A stretch of DNA of 64,000 nt, taken from NCBI GenBank assembly GCA_016183425.1, contig JACPEP010000014.1, positions 38,148 to 102,147 on the forward strand, given 5' to 3'. The position numbers were made by a program, and so were the translations under genes. Below are positions 10,101 to 17,854 of the stretch, piece by piece. The stretch is from Chloroflexota bacterium. Its GTDB lineage: Bacteria; Chloroflexota; Dehalococcoidia; JACPEP01. Positions within the stretch are counted from its first letter, which is position 1; each line of letters starts with the position of its first letter. The notes under the pieces were generated by a model. The model had not been told where the DNA came from. It did no database searches and saw only the letters and a list, made by a program, of their open reading frames with translations.

Positions 10101-11099
10101 CTATTCGGCTACACTATGGAAGAGAGGCTCTTACATCCCGGCGGCGAGGTTCGACTTGACCTCTACTGGCAAGTTCCAAAGGGCTTTAACCGAGACTGGC
10201 AAACCTTCGCTCATCTTCTCGACAACCAAGGGCAGGTATGGGGTCAACACGATGAAAGCCTGATGCTAGCGGAACACTACCAGAATGGAGGCGGAGATAC
10301 CGAGATCCTTCGGGCGCCCCATACCTTCGGGGTGAACAAACTTGCTCCCACTGGTAGGTATGCCATTGAAGTCGGGATATACTTGCCTGAAATGATGCAA
10401 CGACAGGAAGGCAGCAAGTCGCTCCATGGCGACAGAGTCATCATCCAGGGGGTGAAAGTCGTCGGCCCCGATTCTACTTTGTCTGGCGCAGCCTTCAGGC
10501 CGCAGTACCCTAAGCAAGCGAACCTGGGAGGGGAGGTGCGCTTTCTCGGCTACGATGTAGAGCCCTCCAGTCCAAAACCAGGTGAGAGTCTCCTGATAAC
10601 GCTGTATTGGCAGGCTGAAAGGAAAATGGACAAAGACTACACCGTGTTCGTGCACCTCTTAGACGAGGAGAATAAGATTCGAGGTCAAAGCGACAGCCGA
10701 CCTCTGCAAGCTCGCTACCCTACATCAACCTGGACCCGGGGCGAGATTGTGGTCGACCGTCATAGTCTTTCTCTCAGCGAACTGGCTTCCGGCCGCTACC
10801 GAATCGCGGCAGGGATGTACCTCCTTGCCACCGGCGCGCGCCTCCCAGCAGTCGGGGGCGACCAAGAGAACCGCATTGCGCTGGGGACCTGCGCATTGGA
10901 GGTAACGGAAGGGATCTCCAACTCACCGAACTCGAGACGGCTGTTCGCGCTGTCTCTCTTGAAAAGGCTTTCGAGGTGGATCAGACCAACATGGGCTCCT
11001 GCAGAGGCGGCAACTGGGTTGGCTGTGGCCACTGACGCGGCTTGCACAGGATCTCCCTTATCTGCAGGTCGAAGAAGTCCTGGGCGTGAACCGGCTTGA
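7173..11099 (+). CDS. Large polytopic membrane protein (GT-C-like glycosyltransferase) with tandem C-terminal beta-sandwich-like repeat domains
   Basis: TTG start preceded by AAGGAG. At least 12 predicted TM helices lie in the first 500 aa. Two C-terminal approximately 95-aa repeats (LYWQ..DW/YTVF.HLLD...GQ.D..P....PTS.W..GEIV.D....GRY.I..G.Y) are homologous to the repeats of the GT39 protein at 49857-52211. Confidence 0.6.
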   Translation: MRVLIDLVALYLFLVVGLAYLGYGATRLLLPVSLWRWQPLLTPFLGYAVVTIVFHSLNTSWLNAEQSTVVLLTLTTGLNAFAVARRGRPRAHPTWKDDLIPMLLSFGVYIGATIPLISYGFITVVGTNGDVEQYLAGADYIRRFNLSALATAPPNPLLDLAAKLTGPFGGWGFTYILSLVTLILGWSGEKAFAPLLAFLVAANVIAMHLFARSVLGLSWRGSAFASFALGVNGLLLWTGFFNYGRQVAVLPLLPVAALAFLASFRHRSWRSILFAALLFAAVTITYRPATLLLLVSMSIFAAMTIVRGRHRLRLAATIGAPLALGFLPLGASLPEYMTRISRVFSERVLSGSPISKTPLFSEFLPLNHLYGLSYYVWPAPEPAGERLSSTLVWVVNNSETGAVALSLALGIYALWRTTRAGRDMALSLTMASALFLGAMRLIDDRYSYFKILTFSSFWATSLGVLGLSLVWQAASRSRSKALESLGKNGLSLFGVAFLSLGSINAYFTINHFLGKPQSPFVSPYLDVAQLSSIIEPQASICLTSAPSLQGGAMGVIAYSLMAYPLYPLYGGINTAESGTGPPVHQGSAGRYFSVSSGNRGRETNLCDYALLAASEEPSEWGYSADSLVWANKEIKVYSREGTMAHLQFDTGNGGRTITSAEPFRTIVTAATMPEVNPGDSQYLVIQMGTFSNQQLVVEIDGKENRVAIGPGLWRYQSESTYLPASVAIRSEGPDPIFLNWLELRYGSRPAPSKTKLERALLLQSASMQRPDSILMQVGWLSPEPQLVRGWIEIWVRNRASSGDRFLIGRGALDKADHEIQVQMLLPGGQARSPSTESGVSRWNPDWRDGEYVGELYIVFDDLVQDEALSAIWQARPDLREAASKSGWEPGQWKKFMLDWWQDTPEASGKDRDIVAFARKSMDFTPSYEQKVAELFTLRLRQNSVVEAAMNHYPFLHHYFPPSPWTSVDEMFGNTARLFGYTMEERLLHPGGEVRLDLYWQVPKGFNRDWQTFAHLLDNQGQVWGQHDESLMLAEHYQNGGGDTEILRAPHTFGVNKLAPTGRYAIEVGIYLPEMMQRQEGSKSLHGDRVIIQGVKVVGPDSTLSGAAFRPQYPKQANLGGEVRFLGYDVEPSSPKPGESLLITLYWQAERKMDKDYTVFVHLLDEENKIRGQSDSRPLQARYPTSTWTRGEIVVDRHSLSLSELASGRYRIAAGMYLLATGARLPAVGGDQENRIALGTCALEVTEGISNSPNSRRLFALSLLKRLSRWIRPTWAPAEAATGLAVATDAACTGSPLSAGRRSPGREPA

Positions 11100-11610
11100 C
11101 GACGGCAGCCGTATCGGCTCCTCCGGCCCGGCCGGCGATGACGATGACCTCTTCATCGGTGCGGATCAGGCCAGCGTCGGCGGCCATAACCGTGATCTCA
11201 CAAACTACCTTCATCCCCTGCCCGAAGATGCGCAGCGCGTGGGCGACAATCTCCCCTACCTGGTAGGTGCCCAGCTTGCGGCGCACCGCCCGGCTCACCC
11301 CGGCCAAGGCCTGGGTCGTAGTAAGGACGTGGCCGCCCTTTTCCAAGATCTGGGCTTTGTAGTCCTCCCGAAGCCGGTTGCCCGGGCGAGGGTAACCGTA
11401 GGGCAGGGTGACCACCACCACTTTGAAGCCTGAGAAGAACTCCACTGCCTGGACGCCCGTTCTACCGGAGGTGGAGGCGACGACGATGGTGGAGATGCCC
11501 AGCTCCAGAGCGCGGGCTTTGACAAGGCTCAATACCTGCTCCGTGTTCTGACGCCCCACTCTGGGGAAGTAGAGGGTATCTGACTCTACAAAGAGATTGT
11601 CTTCTTTCAT
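10981..11610 (-). CDS. Pyruvate kinase alpha/beta (PK_C-like) domain protein, standalone
   Basis: ALELGISTIVVASTSGRTGVQAVEFF..VVVVT...GGHVLTTTQALAGVSRAVRRKLG..KVVCEITVMAADAGLIRTDEEVIVIAG matches the PK C-terminal domain fold pattern. The paralog is immediately upstream. Confidence 0.55.
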   Translation of the reverse strand: MKEDNLFVESDTLYFPRVGRQNTEQVLSLVKARALELGISTIVVASTSGRTGVQAVEFFSGFKVVVVTLPYGYPRPGNRLREDYKAQILEKGGHVLTTTQALAGVSRAVRRKLGTYQVGEIVAHALRIFGQGMKVVCEITVMAADAGLIRTDEEVIVIAGRAGGADTAAVVKPVHAQDFFDLQIREILCKPRQWPQPTQLPPLQEPMLV

Positions 11611-11649
11611 GGCTTAAGCTCCTCACTGTGAAAGTACCGGGCGGCGGGC

Positions 11650-12315
11650 CTATGGGACTGGGGTGGCCTCCAACTCTTCATAGCCGTGGGAATCGCCGGG
11701 ACGCTGCTGAAGGACGGGAAACCTCTTGGAGGGCAGCCATTGGCGGGGCTTGCAAATAATCTCCTCCACCTGGATATCGAAGAAGTCCTGGGCATGGGCC
11801 GGTTTGAGGACCAGGGCCGTGTCCGCCCCTCGGGCCGTTCCGGCAATGGCGATGACCTCCTCATCGGTGCGGGCCAGCCCAGCGTCGGCGGCCATCATGG
11901 TAATCTCACAGCATACCTTGACCCCTTGACCGAAGACCCGCAGTACAAAGGCGATAAGCTCGTCCACCTGGTAGGCGCCCAGCTTTCGCCGCACCGCTCG
12001 GCCGATGCCGCCGAAGATATGGGTCGTAGTTAGAACGACGCCCCCTAACTCCTGGATGCGACGGCGACTCTCATCGGTCAACTCCTGAAGGTCGGGAACG
12101 TCCCGACCCGTGGATCGAGTGACCACCACCACCCGATAGCCCCGGAAGTACTCGGCTGCCTTAACAGCGGTATCGCCGCTGCCGGTAGCTACAATAATAG
12201 TAGAGATGCCCAGCTCCTGGGCCCGTTCCCGAGCCCGCCTCAGCACTTCCTCCGTATTTCTCCGCCCTACTTTCGAAAAGTAGGCAGTCCTTCGCTTCAC
12301 TGCCGTCTCAATCAC
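11650..12315 (-). CDS. PK_C-like domain protein, paralog 2
   Basis: Aligns residue for residue with the downstream paralog (AQELGISTIIVATGSGDTAVKAAEYF...KVCCEITMMAADAGLARTDEEVIAIAG). Start is set at GTG 12315, which follows GGAAAGGAG. The ORF track extends to 12417, but that would overlap the ferredoxin gene. Confidence 0.5.
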   Translation of the reverse strand: MIETAVKRRTAYFSKVGRRNTEEVLRRARERAQELGISTIIVATGSGDTAVKAAEYFRGYRVVVVTRSTGRDVPDLQELTDESRRRIQELGGVVLTTTHIFGGIGRAVRRKLGAYQVDELIAFVLRVFGQGVKVCCEITMMAADAGLARTDEEVIAIAGTARGADTALVLKPAHAQDFFDIQVEEIICKPRQWLPSKRFPVLQQRPGDSHGYEELEATPVP

Positions 12316-12356
12316 AGACGCTCCTTTCCCACGCTCTTTTCTATCAACCCCGATTT

Positions 12357-12575
12357 TCAGGGGTATACTTTCCGTCCCGTCTCTTCGTCTTCCAGGATGA
12401 TGGCCAGGGTGGGGCAACTCTCGGCAGCGTTTATAATGGTCCCCTCATCGGCGCCCTGGGGATGGACGACAGTGGCTCTGTTCTCGTCATCCAGGGCAAA
12501 GACCTGGGGGGCAATGGCAACGCAGTTGGCAACCCCGATACAGAGATCCCGGTCAACGGTTATTCTTAGCTTCAT
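12357..12575 (-). CDS. Small ferredoxin (single Fe-S cluster type)
   Basis: 72 aa with CIGVANCVAIAP...AESCPTLAI, typical of small [3Fe-4S]/[4Fe-4S] ferredoxins. Confidence 0.65.
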   Translation of the reverse strand: MKLRITVDRDLCIGVANCVAIAPQVFALDDENRATVVHPQGADEGTIINAAESCPTLAIILEDEETGRKVYP

Positions 12576-13383
12576 TTTTTGCCTCCTTATCTTGGATCGG
12601 CGGCGGGCCAGAAGCCTGGAGTCCCTTAACCTTTTCTACCAGGAGCGGCAAAAGGGAGCCTGAGCTGCCTCTTAGTGTGAAGCGACACATGGCGGTGAGG
12701 GGGGTGGCGTCGGGGTTTATCTCCATCAGCCACGCCCCACCCCGACGGGCGATGAGGGGCATCTCCGCCGCCGGATAGACCACTGCCGAGGTGCCGATGA
12801 TGAGCATGCCATCACACTGGGCTGCCTCATGGTAGCAGGCATCCAAGGCATCGGGAGGAATAGGCTCGCCAAACATGACGGTATCTGTCTTCACCAACCC
12901 CGAGCAGTGAGGACAGCGGGGAGGCAGCTCATGGATGGGAAACTCCTCTCTCCACCACCGGCTATGGCAGGATATACATCTTAGCTTGAACCGATTGCCA
13001 TGAATCTCTACTACACGCCGACTTCCCGCCCCATGGTGGAGGTTGTCGATGTTCTGTGTGATGAGGCACTTCAGGATGCCTAAGGCTTCCAACTCGGCCA
13101 AAGCGTGGTGGCCGGGGTTGGGCTGGGCATGCTCCATAACCTGGGCCATCTCCCTCATATGGGACTGAGGCCTGTCTCGCCCCTGCCACCAACCTTTGGG
13201 ATCTTCTAGAAAGCGCTGGTAACCACGCATGTCGGGCTCGCCAAACCTTGTCCACAGTCCCCCCGACCCTCGAAAGGGTGGGATGCCGCTCTCTACGGAC
13301 ATCCCCGCCCCCACCAGGGCTACCACATAGCGGGCGGCTACTAATAGCTGGGCTGCTTCATCTAAGCCGGAAGCATCCATCAC
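12553..13383 (-). CDS. NAD-dependent protein deacylase, Sir2/sirtuin family
   Basis: GAGMSVESGIPPFRG, TQNIDNLH and the zinc ribbon CISC...CPHC are sirtuin signatures, with GTSAVVYPAA at the C-terminus. Confidence 0.85.
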   Translation of the reverse strand: MMDASGLDEAAQLLVAARYVVALVGAGMSVESGIPPFRGSGGLWTRFGEPDMRGYQRFLEDPKGWWQGRDRPQSHMREMAQVMEHAQPNPGHHALAELEALGILKCLITQNIDNLHHGAGSRRVVEIHGNRFKLRCISCHSRWWREEFPIHELPPRCPHCSGLVKTDTVMFGEPIPPDALDACYHEAAQCDGMLIIGTSAVVYPAAEMPLIARRGGAWLMEINPDATPLTAMCRFTLRGSSGSLLPLLVEKVKGLQASGPPPIQDKEAKNEAKNNR

Positions 13384-13413
13384 GGCATCCCGTGGATTGT
13401 CACCCCCGCGTTA

Positions 13414-14124
13414 TCACTGCACCTGGCCCATGCCCTGGGTAAAGGGGAGGCGGTACAGGCCAAACACTTCCTGGCTGCGGAGAAAGCCGATAAAGATGAC
13501 TACCAGACCCAACAACTCCCCGATGAAGAGGTAGCTGGGATTGCCCAGGGTGGCCAGAGAGCCGCTGGCAGCCACGATGATGGCCCCCAGAGCGATGAGG
13601 ACGTTGGACACCACCCGATGGGGAAAAGTGCCTTTGCGCCAGAAATCCCAGGCGCTGTAAAGGGCGCCCCCCACCAGGGCGATGGTACCGTAGATGTTGA
13701 ACACGGCCGTTATGAGGCGTACATCCTGGGGCATAGCCTGGGGCCTCACCTGCCCAACGGCGGTCAGCAGGCTGCTATCGGCAATGGGAACCTGTACCAC
13801 GCGGTATATAGCGTACAGAGAGACAAGCGATAGAAGCACCATTACTACATGACCTGTGCTCCGAGGTAAAAGCAGGTACACCGTTCCCGTGCCCAAATAG
13901 GCAGCCACTAAAATGGCGCCGGTGAGATACCACAGTTTAAACCCCACTTCATACCAGCCCCCTATCTCGGCCAGGAACTCCTGGCTGGTGGCGAGGCCGA
14001 AGATGAGGAGGGCAAAGGCCCAGACCAACTGATAGGGACGACGCCGGGCGACATACTGGTCGAAGACGGCGGCCGCAAAAAATAGGGCCACCACCGTAGA
14101 TAGGGCGGGTACCAAGATGTTCAT
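13414..14124 (-). CDS. Hypothetical polytopic membrane protein (about 7 TM)
   Basis: Continuous ORF with alternating hydrophobic helices. No recognisable catalytic motif. Confidence 0.5.
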   Translation of the reverse strand: MNILVPALSTVVALFFAAAVFDQYVARRRPYQLVWAFALLIFGLATSQEFLAEIGGWYEVGFKLWYLTGAILVAAYLGTGTVYLLLPRSTGHVVMVLLSLVSLYAIYRVVQVPIADSSLLTAVGQVRPQAMPQDVRLITAVFNIYGTIALVGGALYSAWDFWRKGTFPHRVVSNVLIALGAIIVAASGSLATLGNPSYLFIGELLGLVVIFIGFLRSQEVFGLYRLPFTQGMGQVQ

Positions 14125-14204
14125 AATGCCTCCTTTCTCCCCGAAGGGAGTCTTATTGAATTGGTGTGCCTATTGTATATTTCCCTCCCATGAGGTGTCA
14201 AACA

Positions 14205-15359
14205 CTAAACAAAGGCGTTGATGCCCAGGGCGGCGCGGCCGATGAGGAGCTTTTGCACCTGAGAGGTGCCCTCATAGATAGTGGCCGCCTTGGCGTCCCG
14301 GAAGTAGCGCTCCACGGGATACTCGTCGCAGTAGCCGCTGCCGCCATGGATCTGGATGGCCCGGTCGGCGGCCCGCAGAGCCGCCTCTGAGGCGTAGTAC
14401 TTGGCCATAGATATTTCCCGGCTGGCGGGAAGCTTTCGGTTCTTTAGCTCGCCGGCGCGGTGGACGAGAAAGCGGGCCGCCTCCGTCTCCACCATCATAT
14501 CGGCGATGAGCTCCTGGATGAGCTGAAAGCCGCCGATGGGCTTGCCGAACTGCATCCGGGTCTGGGCATAGCTGATGCTGGCGTCCAGGCTGGCCTGGGC
14601 CAAGCCCACGCACCCGGCGGCGGTGGTGTAGCGGGCCTCGTCCAGGGCGGCCATGGCTATCTTAAAGCCATCTCCCACCTTGCCCAGCACGTTCTCCTCC
14701 GACACCAGACAGTCATCAAAGATGAGCTCCGCGGTGTTGGAGGAGCGCAGCCCCAGCTTGTGGGTCAGAGGTGTGTTGGAAAAGCCCGGCGTCCCCCCCT
14801 CCACCAGGAAGACGGTGATGCCCCGATAGCCCAGTGCCTTCTCCGTCTGTGCAAAGACCAGGGCTAATTGGGCCACCCCGCCATTGGTGATCCAGGTCTT
14901 GGTGCCGTTGAGCCGCCAGCCGCCGTCGCCCCTGGTAGCGGTGGTCTCCACGGCGGCGGCGTCGCTCCCCACGTTGGGCTCCGTGAGGCCGAAACAGCCG
15001 ATGATCTCACCCCTCGCCAGTCGAGGAAGGTATTTCTGCTTCTGGGCTTCCGTGCCCCACTGGAGAATGGGCATCTGGGTCAGGGAGATGTGTACCGAGA
15101 GGGTGGTGGAGGTGGAGAAGCAGGCTTTGGCCACCTCCTCTACCAGGAGGGCGTGGCTGATGTAATCCAGCCCCATGCCCCCATATTGGGGAGGGGGAAG
15201 GGTTCCCAGGAAGCCCAGGGACGCCATCTTGGCCAGAATCTCTTCCGGAAAGCGCTCCCGACGGTCGTTCTCCCGGGCCACGGGCACGATCTCCCCCTGG
15301 GCGAACTCCCGGGCCAGTTTGCGCACCTGCTCCTGCTCCTCACTCAGGATGTAGCTCAT
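14205..15359 (-). CDS. Acyl-CoA dehydrogenase (short/medium-chain type)
   Basis: MSYILSEEQEQVRKLAREFA..., LTEPNVGSDAAAVETTA and a C-terminal YEGTSQVQKLLIGRA. Canonical ACAD family. Confidence 0.9.
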   Translation of the reverse strand: MSYILSEEQEQVRKLAREFAQGEIVPVARENDRRERFPEEILAKMASLGFLGTLPPPQYGGMGLDYISHALLVEEVAKACFSTSTTLSVHISLTQMPILQWGTEAQKQKYLPRLARGEIIGCFGLTEPNVGSDAAAVETTATRGDGGWRLNGTKTWITNGGVAQLALVFAQTEKALGYRGITVFLVEGGTPGFSNTPLTHKLGLRSSNTAELIFDDCLVSEENVLGKVGDGFKIAMAALDEARYTTAAGCVGLAQASLDASISYAQTRMQFGKPIGGFQLIQELIADMMVETEAARFLVHRAGELKNRKLPASREISMAKYYASEAALRAADRAIQIHGGSGYCDEYPVERYFRDAKAATIYEGTSQVQKLLIGRAALGINAFV

Positions 15360-15682
15360 AGCACCTCCTAGTGTGATGTCTCATCCTTGAACAATTCCTC
15401 TCCCTTGAGGGGAGAGGTTAGGTGAGGGTGAATTCCCCCTCCCTCTAACTCCCTCCCACCTGGGGGGGGAGAATAATAACGCAACCTATCTATGAGATTA
15501 GATACTAGTGTTTCATATTGCCGACGTCCCCGCCAGTCTATCCCAGGGCCAAAGCTCTGTCAACGGCCGAGGGAAGATGTTTACCATCCTCACATCCGAA
15601 AGCCGAAAGCGGAAAATGAACGACTGGTGTATGATAAGACACGCAAATCAGGAATCTTAACTAATCGAAGGGGGGTATAGCC

Positions 15683-16654
15683 ATGGAAAGCGACCCAAAA
15701 GAGCAGTTGCCTCCACGAAGAGGACATTTCATCCTCTGGCCCACGATTCTCATCCTTTTGGGAGTCTTGTTTCTTTTGAGCAACTTCGGTTTGCTCCCCA
15801 GCGGCTTCTGGGGAACTATCTGGCACTTCTGGCCCGTGATTCTAATCCTCCTGGGTCTGGAAATTCTGTTAACCCGCTCCCTGGGATCCAAAACGTCAGG
15901 CCTCATCTCCATATTGGTCGTCCTGTGTATGGTGCTACTCTTTATTTGGCTTTCTACCACCATGGGAAATGGGCCAACAATCTGGCCGGGACCATGGAAC
16001 TGGAATGTATTGAGTGGCTCAGGGCACGTTATTACGCAACAGAAGGATTTGGCTGGTTTCACCCAGGTTGAGGCCTCAGGCCCCTTGGAAGTTGAGATCG
16101 CCCAGTCCAATACATTTAGCGTCACCGTAACAGTCGATGATAATCTTCTCGATCATGTCGTAGCTTCGGTGGACAGGGAGAAGCTGCGCTTATCCACCGA
16201 GAATCTCAGGCTCTTCTTTGGCTGGCCAACCTTGAAGGCCAGAATTACCATGCCAAGCTTGCGCTCCCTTCGCCTGAGTAGGGCAGTGAAAGGGACAATA
16301 ACCGGATTCAAATCCACCGACGATTTTGCCCTGGAGGTCATGGGAGCGAGCAAACTGGAGGGCAGCTTGGATAGCGGAAACACAAAGATCGATGCTTCGA
16401 GTGCCAGCAGGGTAAATTTAGAGGGCTCCGGCAGTAACGCCGACTTGAAAGCGTCCGGTGCCAGCAAGCTGGAGTTGGGCAATTTCCAGGTCAAGAACGC
16501 CAAGGTCACCGTGGACGGAGCCAGCAGTGCCACCGTAAACGTCACCGGGCGGTTGGATGTGAATGCTAGTGGCGCCTCCAGCGTATATTACCTGGGGAAT
16601 CCCACTCTAGGTGAGGTTAATATAAGTGGCGCATCCAAGTTAGAACGCCGTTAG
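15683..16654 (+). CDS. LiaF-like TM domain plus DUF4097 beta-repeat (putative adhesin-like) protein
   Basis: N-terminal four-TM region (ILWPTILILLGVLFLLSNFGLL...WPVILILLGLEIL). C-terminal repetitive beta-strand segments (KLEGSLDSGNTKIDASSASRVNLEGSGSNADLKASGASKLELGNFQVKNAKVTVDG) typical of DUF4097. Confidence 0.55.
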   Translation: MESDPKEQLPPRRGHFILWPTILILLGVLFLLSNFGLLPSGFWGTIWHFWPVILILLGLEILLTRSLGSKTSGLISILVVLCMVLLFIWLSTTMGNGPTIWPGPWNWNVLSGSGHVITQQKDLAGFTQVEASGPLEVEIAQSNTFSVTVTVDDNLLDHVVASVDREKLRLSTENLRLFFGWPTLKARITMPSLRSLRLSRAVKGTITGFKSTDDFALEVMGASKLEGSLDSGNTKIDASSASRVNLEGSGSNADLKASGASKLELGNFQVKNAKVTVDGASSATVNVTGRLDVNASGASSVYYLGNPTLGEVNISGASKLERR

Positions 16655-16751
16655 CCGGCTCGGACCCGTTAGACAAACCGCCCTCATAATCCTCGTGTCC
16701 CCCTCCTCAGGTACCGGGAAGGATGAAAATTATATTCCGCTTGACTCCCTA

Positions 16752-16760
16752 TGATATAAT
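16752..16760 (+). promoter_or_regulatory. Extended -10 promoter (TGaTATAAT) driving the tRNA-Ser pair
   Basis: TG at 16752-16753 and TATAAT at 16755-16760, 7 nt upstream of the tRNA 5' end. The TTGACT at 16741 is too close (8-nt spacer) to serve as a -35. Confidence 0.45.
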
Positions 16761-16766
16761 CCTCGC

Positions 16767-16856
16767 GGAGAGGTGTCCGAGGGGTTGATGGTGCCGCTCT
16801 CGAAAAGCGGTCTCGCCGCAAGGTGAGCGTGGGTTCGAATCCCACCCTCTCCGCCA
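16767..16856 (+). tRNA. tRNA-Ser (anticodon CGA), long variable arm
   Basis: Acceptor GGAGAGG/CCTCTCC. Anticodon stem CCGCT/AGCGG with loop CTCGAAA. Long variable arm. T-arm GTGGGTTCGAATCCCAC. Discriminator G. CCA encoded. Confidence 0.9.
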
Positions 16857-16898
16857 CACGACGCTGGCCGAAAATGTGAGTACCTAGGTTCTTTTAGC

Positions 16899-16985
16899 GG
16901 AGAGGTGCTGGAGTGGCCGATCAGGCGCGCCTGGAGAGCGCGTGTCGCCGTAAGGTGACCGTGGGTTCGAATCCCACCCTCTCCG
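16899..16985 (+). tRNA. tRNA-Ser (anticodon GGA), long variable arm
   Basis: Same acceptor and T-arm as the first copy. Anticodon stem CGCGC/GCGCG with loop CTGGAGA. No encoded CCA. Confidence 0.9.
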
Positions 16986-17050
16986 TCAGCCTTACGCCAA
17001 GGCTACGGCTGGCAAGCCAGATAGAACACAAAGAAAATGGATGAGCAACT

Positions 17051-17602
17051 ATGAGCGCAAAATCAAAAGAGAAAGCCGTTGTCCTCACTGCTGATCAGTT
17101 TGAAGACATGGAGGTTTTCTTTCCTGTATTTCGTTTGATAGAGGAGGGGTGGCAAGTTGACGTTGCCGCCCCTAAAGTCGAAGAAATTCACGGTGAGAAT
17201 GGCTACTCTTTAGTTCCCGACAAAACCATTGATGAAGTGGACCCCGATGACTATGATCTGCTAGTCATTCCCGGAGGATCTCCCGATGGCGCACCAAGCA
17301 CCGTTAGACATGTTAAAAAGGCTCAGGAAATAGCAAAGGCATTCTTTAACAAAAATAAGCCGGTGGCTTCAATATGTCACGGACCATACACTCTGGTTTC
17401 TGCCGATGTGGTTAAGGGAAGGCATCTAACATCTTATTGGCATGATGGGGTGCCCGAAGAGATAAAACGAGCCGGTGGAATATGGGAAGATAATGAAGTA
17501 GTGGTTGATGACAATTTAGTAACATCACGCTGGCCAATGGATTTGCCTGCCTTTATGAGAGAGATAATAAGCCTCATCAAAAGGTCGAAGAGTAATAAGT
17601 AA
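17051..17602 (+). CDS. DJ-1/PfpI family protein (class I glutamine amidotransferase-like)
   Basis: Nucleophile elbow ASICHGP plus YDLLVIPGG. 183 aa, low GC. Confidence 0.85.
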   Translation: MSAKSKEKAVVLTADQFEDMEVFFPVFRLIEEGWQVDVAAPKVEEIHGENGYSLVPDKTIDEVDPDDYDLLVIPGGSPDGAPSTVRHVKKAQEIAKAFFNKNKPVASICHGPYTLVSADVVKGRHLTSYWHDGVPEEIKRAGGIWEDNEVVVDDNLVTSRWPMDLPAFMREIISLIKRSKSNK

Positions 17603-17686
17603 TAACATCAAACCAGATCTAGCCGAGGTTCCGTCAATAGGTTTGTAAAAGGGATCAAGCAACGGCGAGCATCTCTTCCTGCCTGA

Positions 17687-17854
17687 TTTCAACTCCGTGA
17701 ATTGGTAGCGCCTATTGGCAAACAGATTGAGAACCTACTGGCGCGGAACAGGAACCTCCGTGACACGCGCGACCTGCTATTGCCCAAGCTAATTTCCGGC
17801 GAGATCGAAGTATTGGAGCTGGATATTAAGACGGAAAGGTTGGAACATGAATGA
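17687..17854 (+). pseudogene. hsdS: C-terminal remnant (about 55 aa) of a type I restriction-modification specificity subunit HsdS
   Basis: FQLRELVAPIGKQIENLLARNRNLRDTRDLLLPKLISGEIEVLELD. The R(D)xLLPKLISGEI motif is the conserved HsdS C-terminus. An in-frame TGA at 17684 bounds it. No TRD or N-terminal part is present. Confidence 0.55.

Noticed and set aside
14460-15371. Several 100-170-aa plus-strand ORFs inside the acyl-CoA dehydrogenase locus
   Set aside because: They are antisense to a canonical ACAD gene. Gly/Ala/Pro-rich composition is typical of antisense reading of a high-GC gene.
15400-15480. Hairpin CCTCTCCC-TTGA-GGGGAGAGG and G/C-run-rich stretch upstream of the acyl-CoA dehydrogenase
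   Set aside because: It lies in a promoter or 5' region with no recognisable riboswitch or attenuator architecture. It may be a regulatory palindrome, but the evidence is too thin to call.
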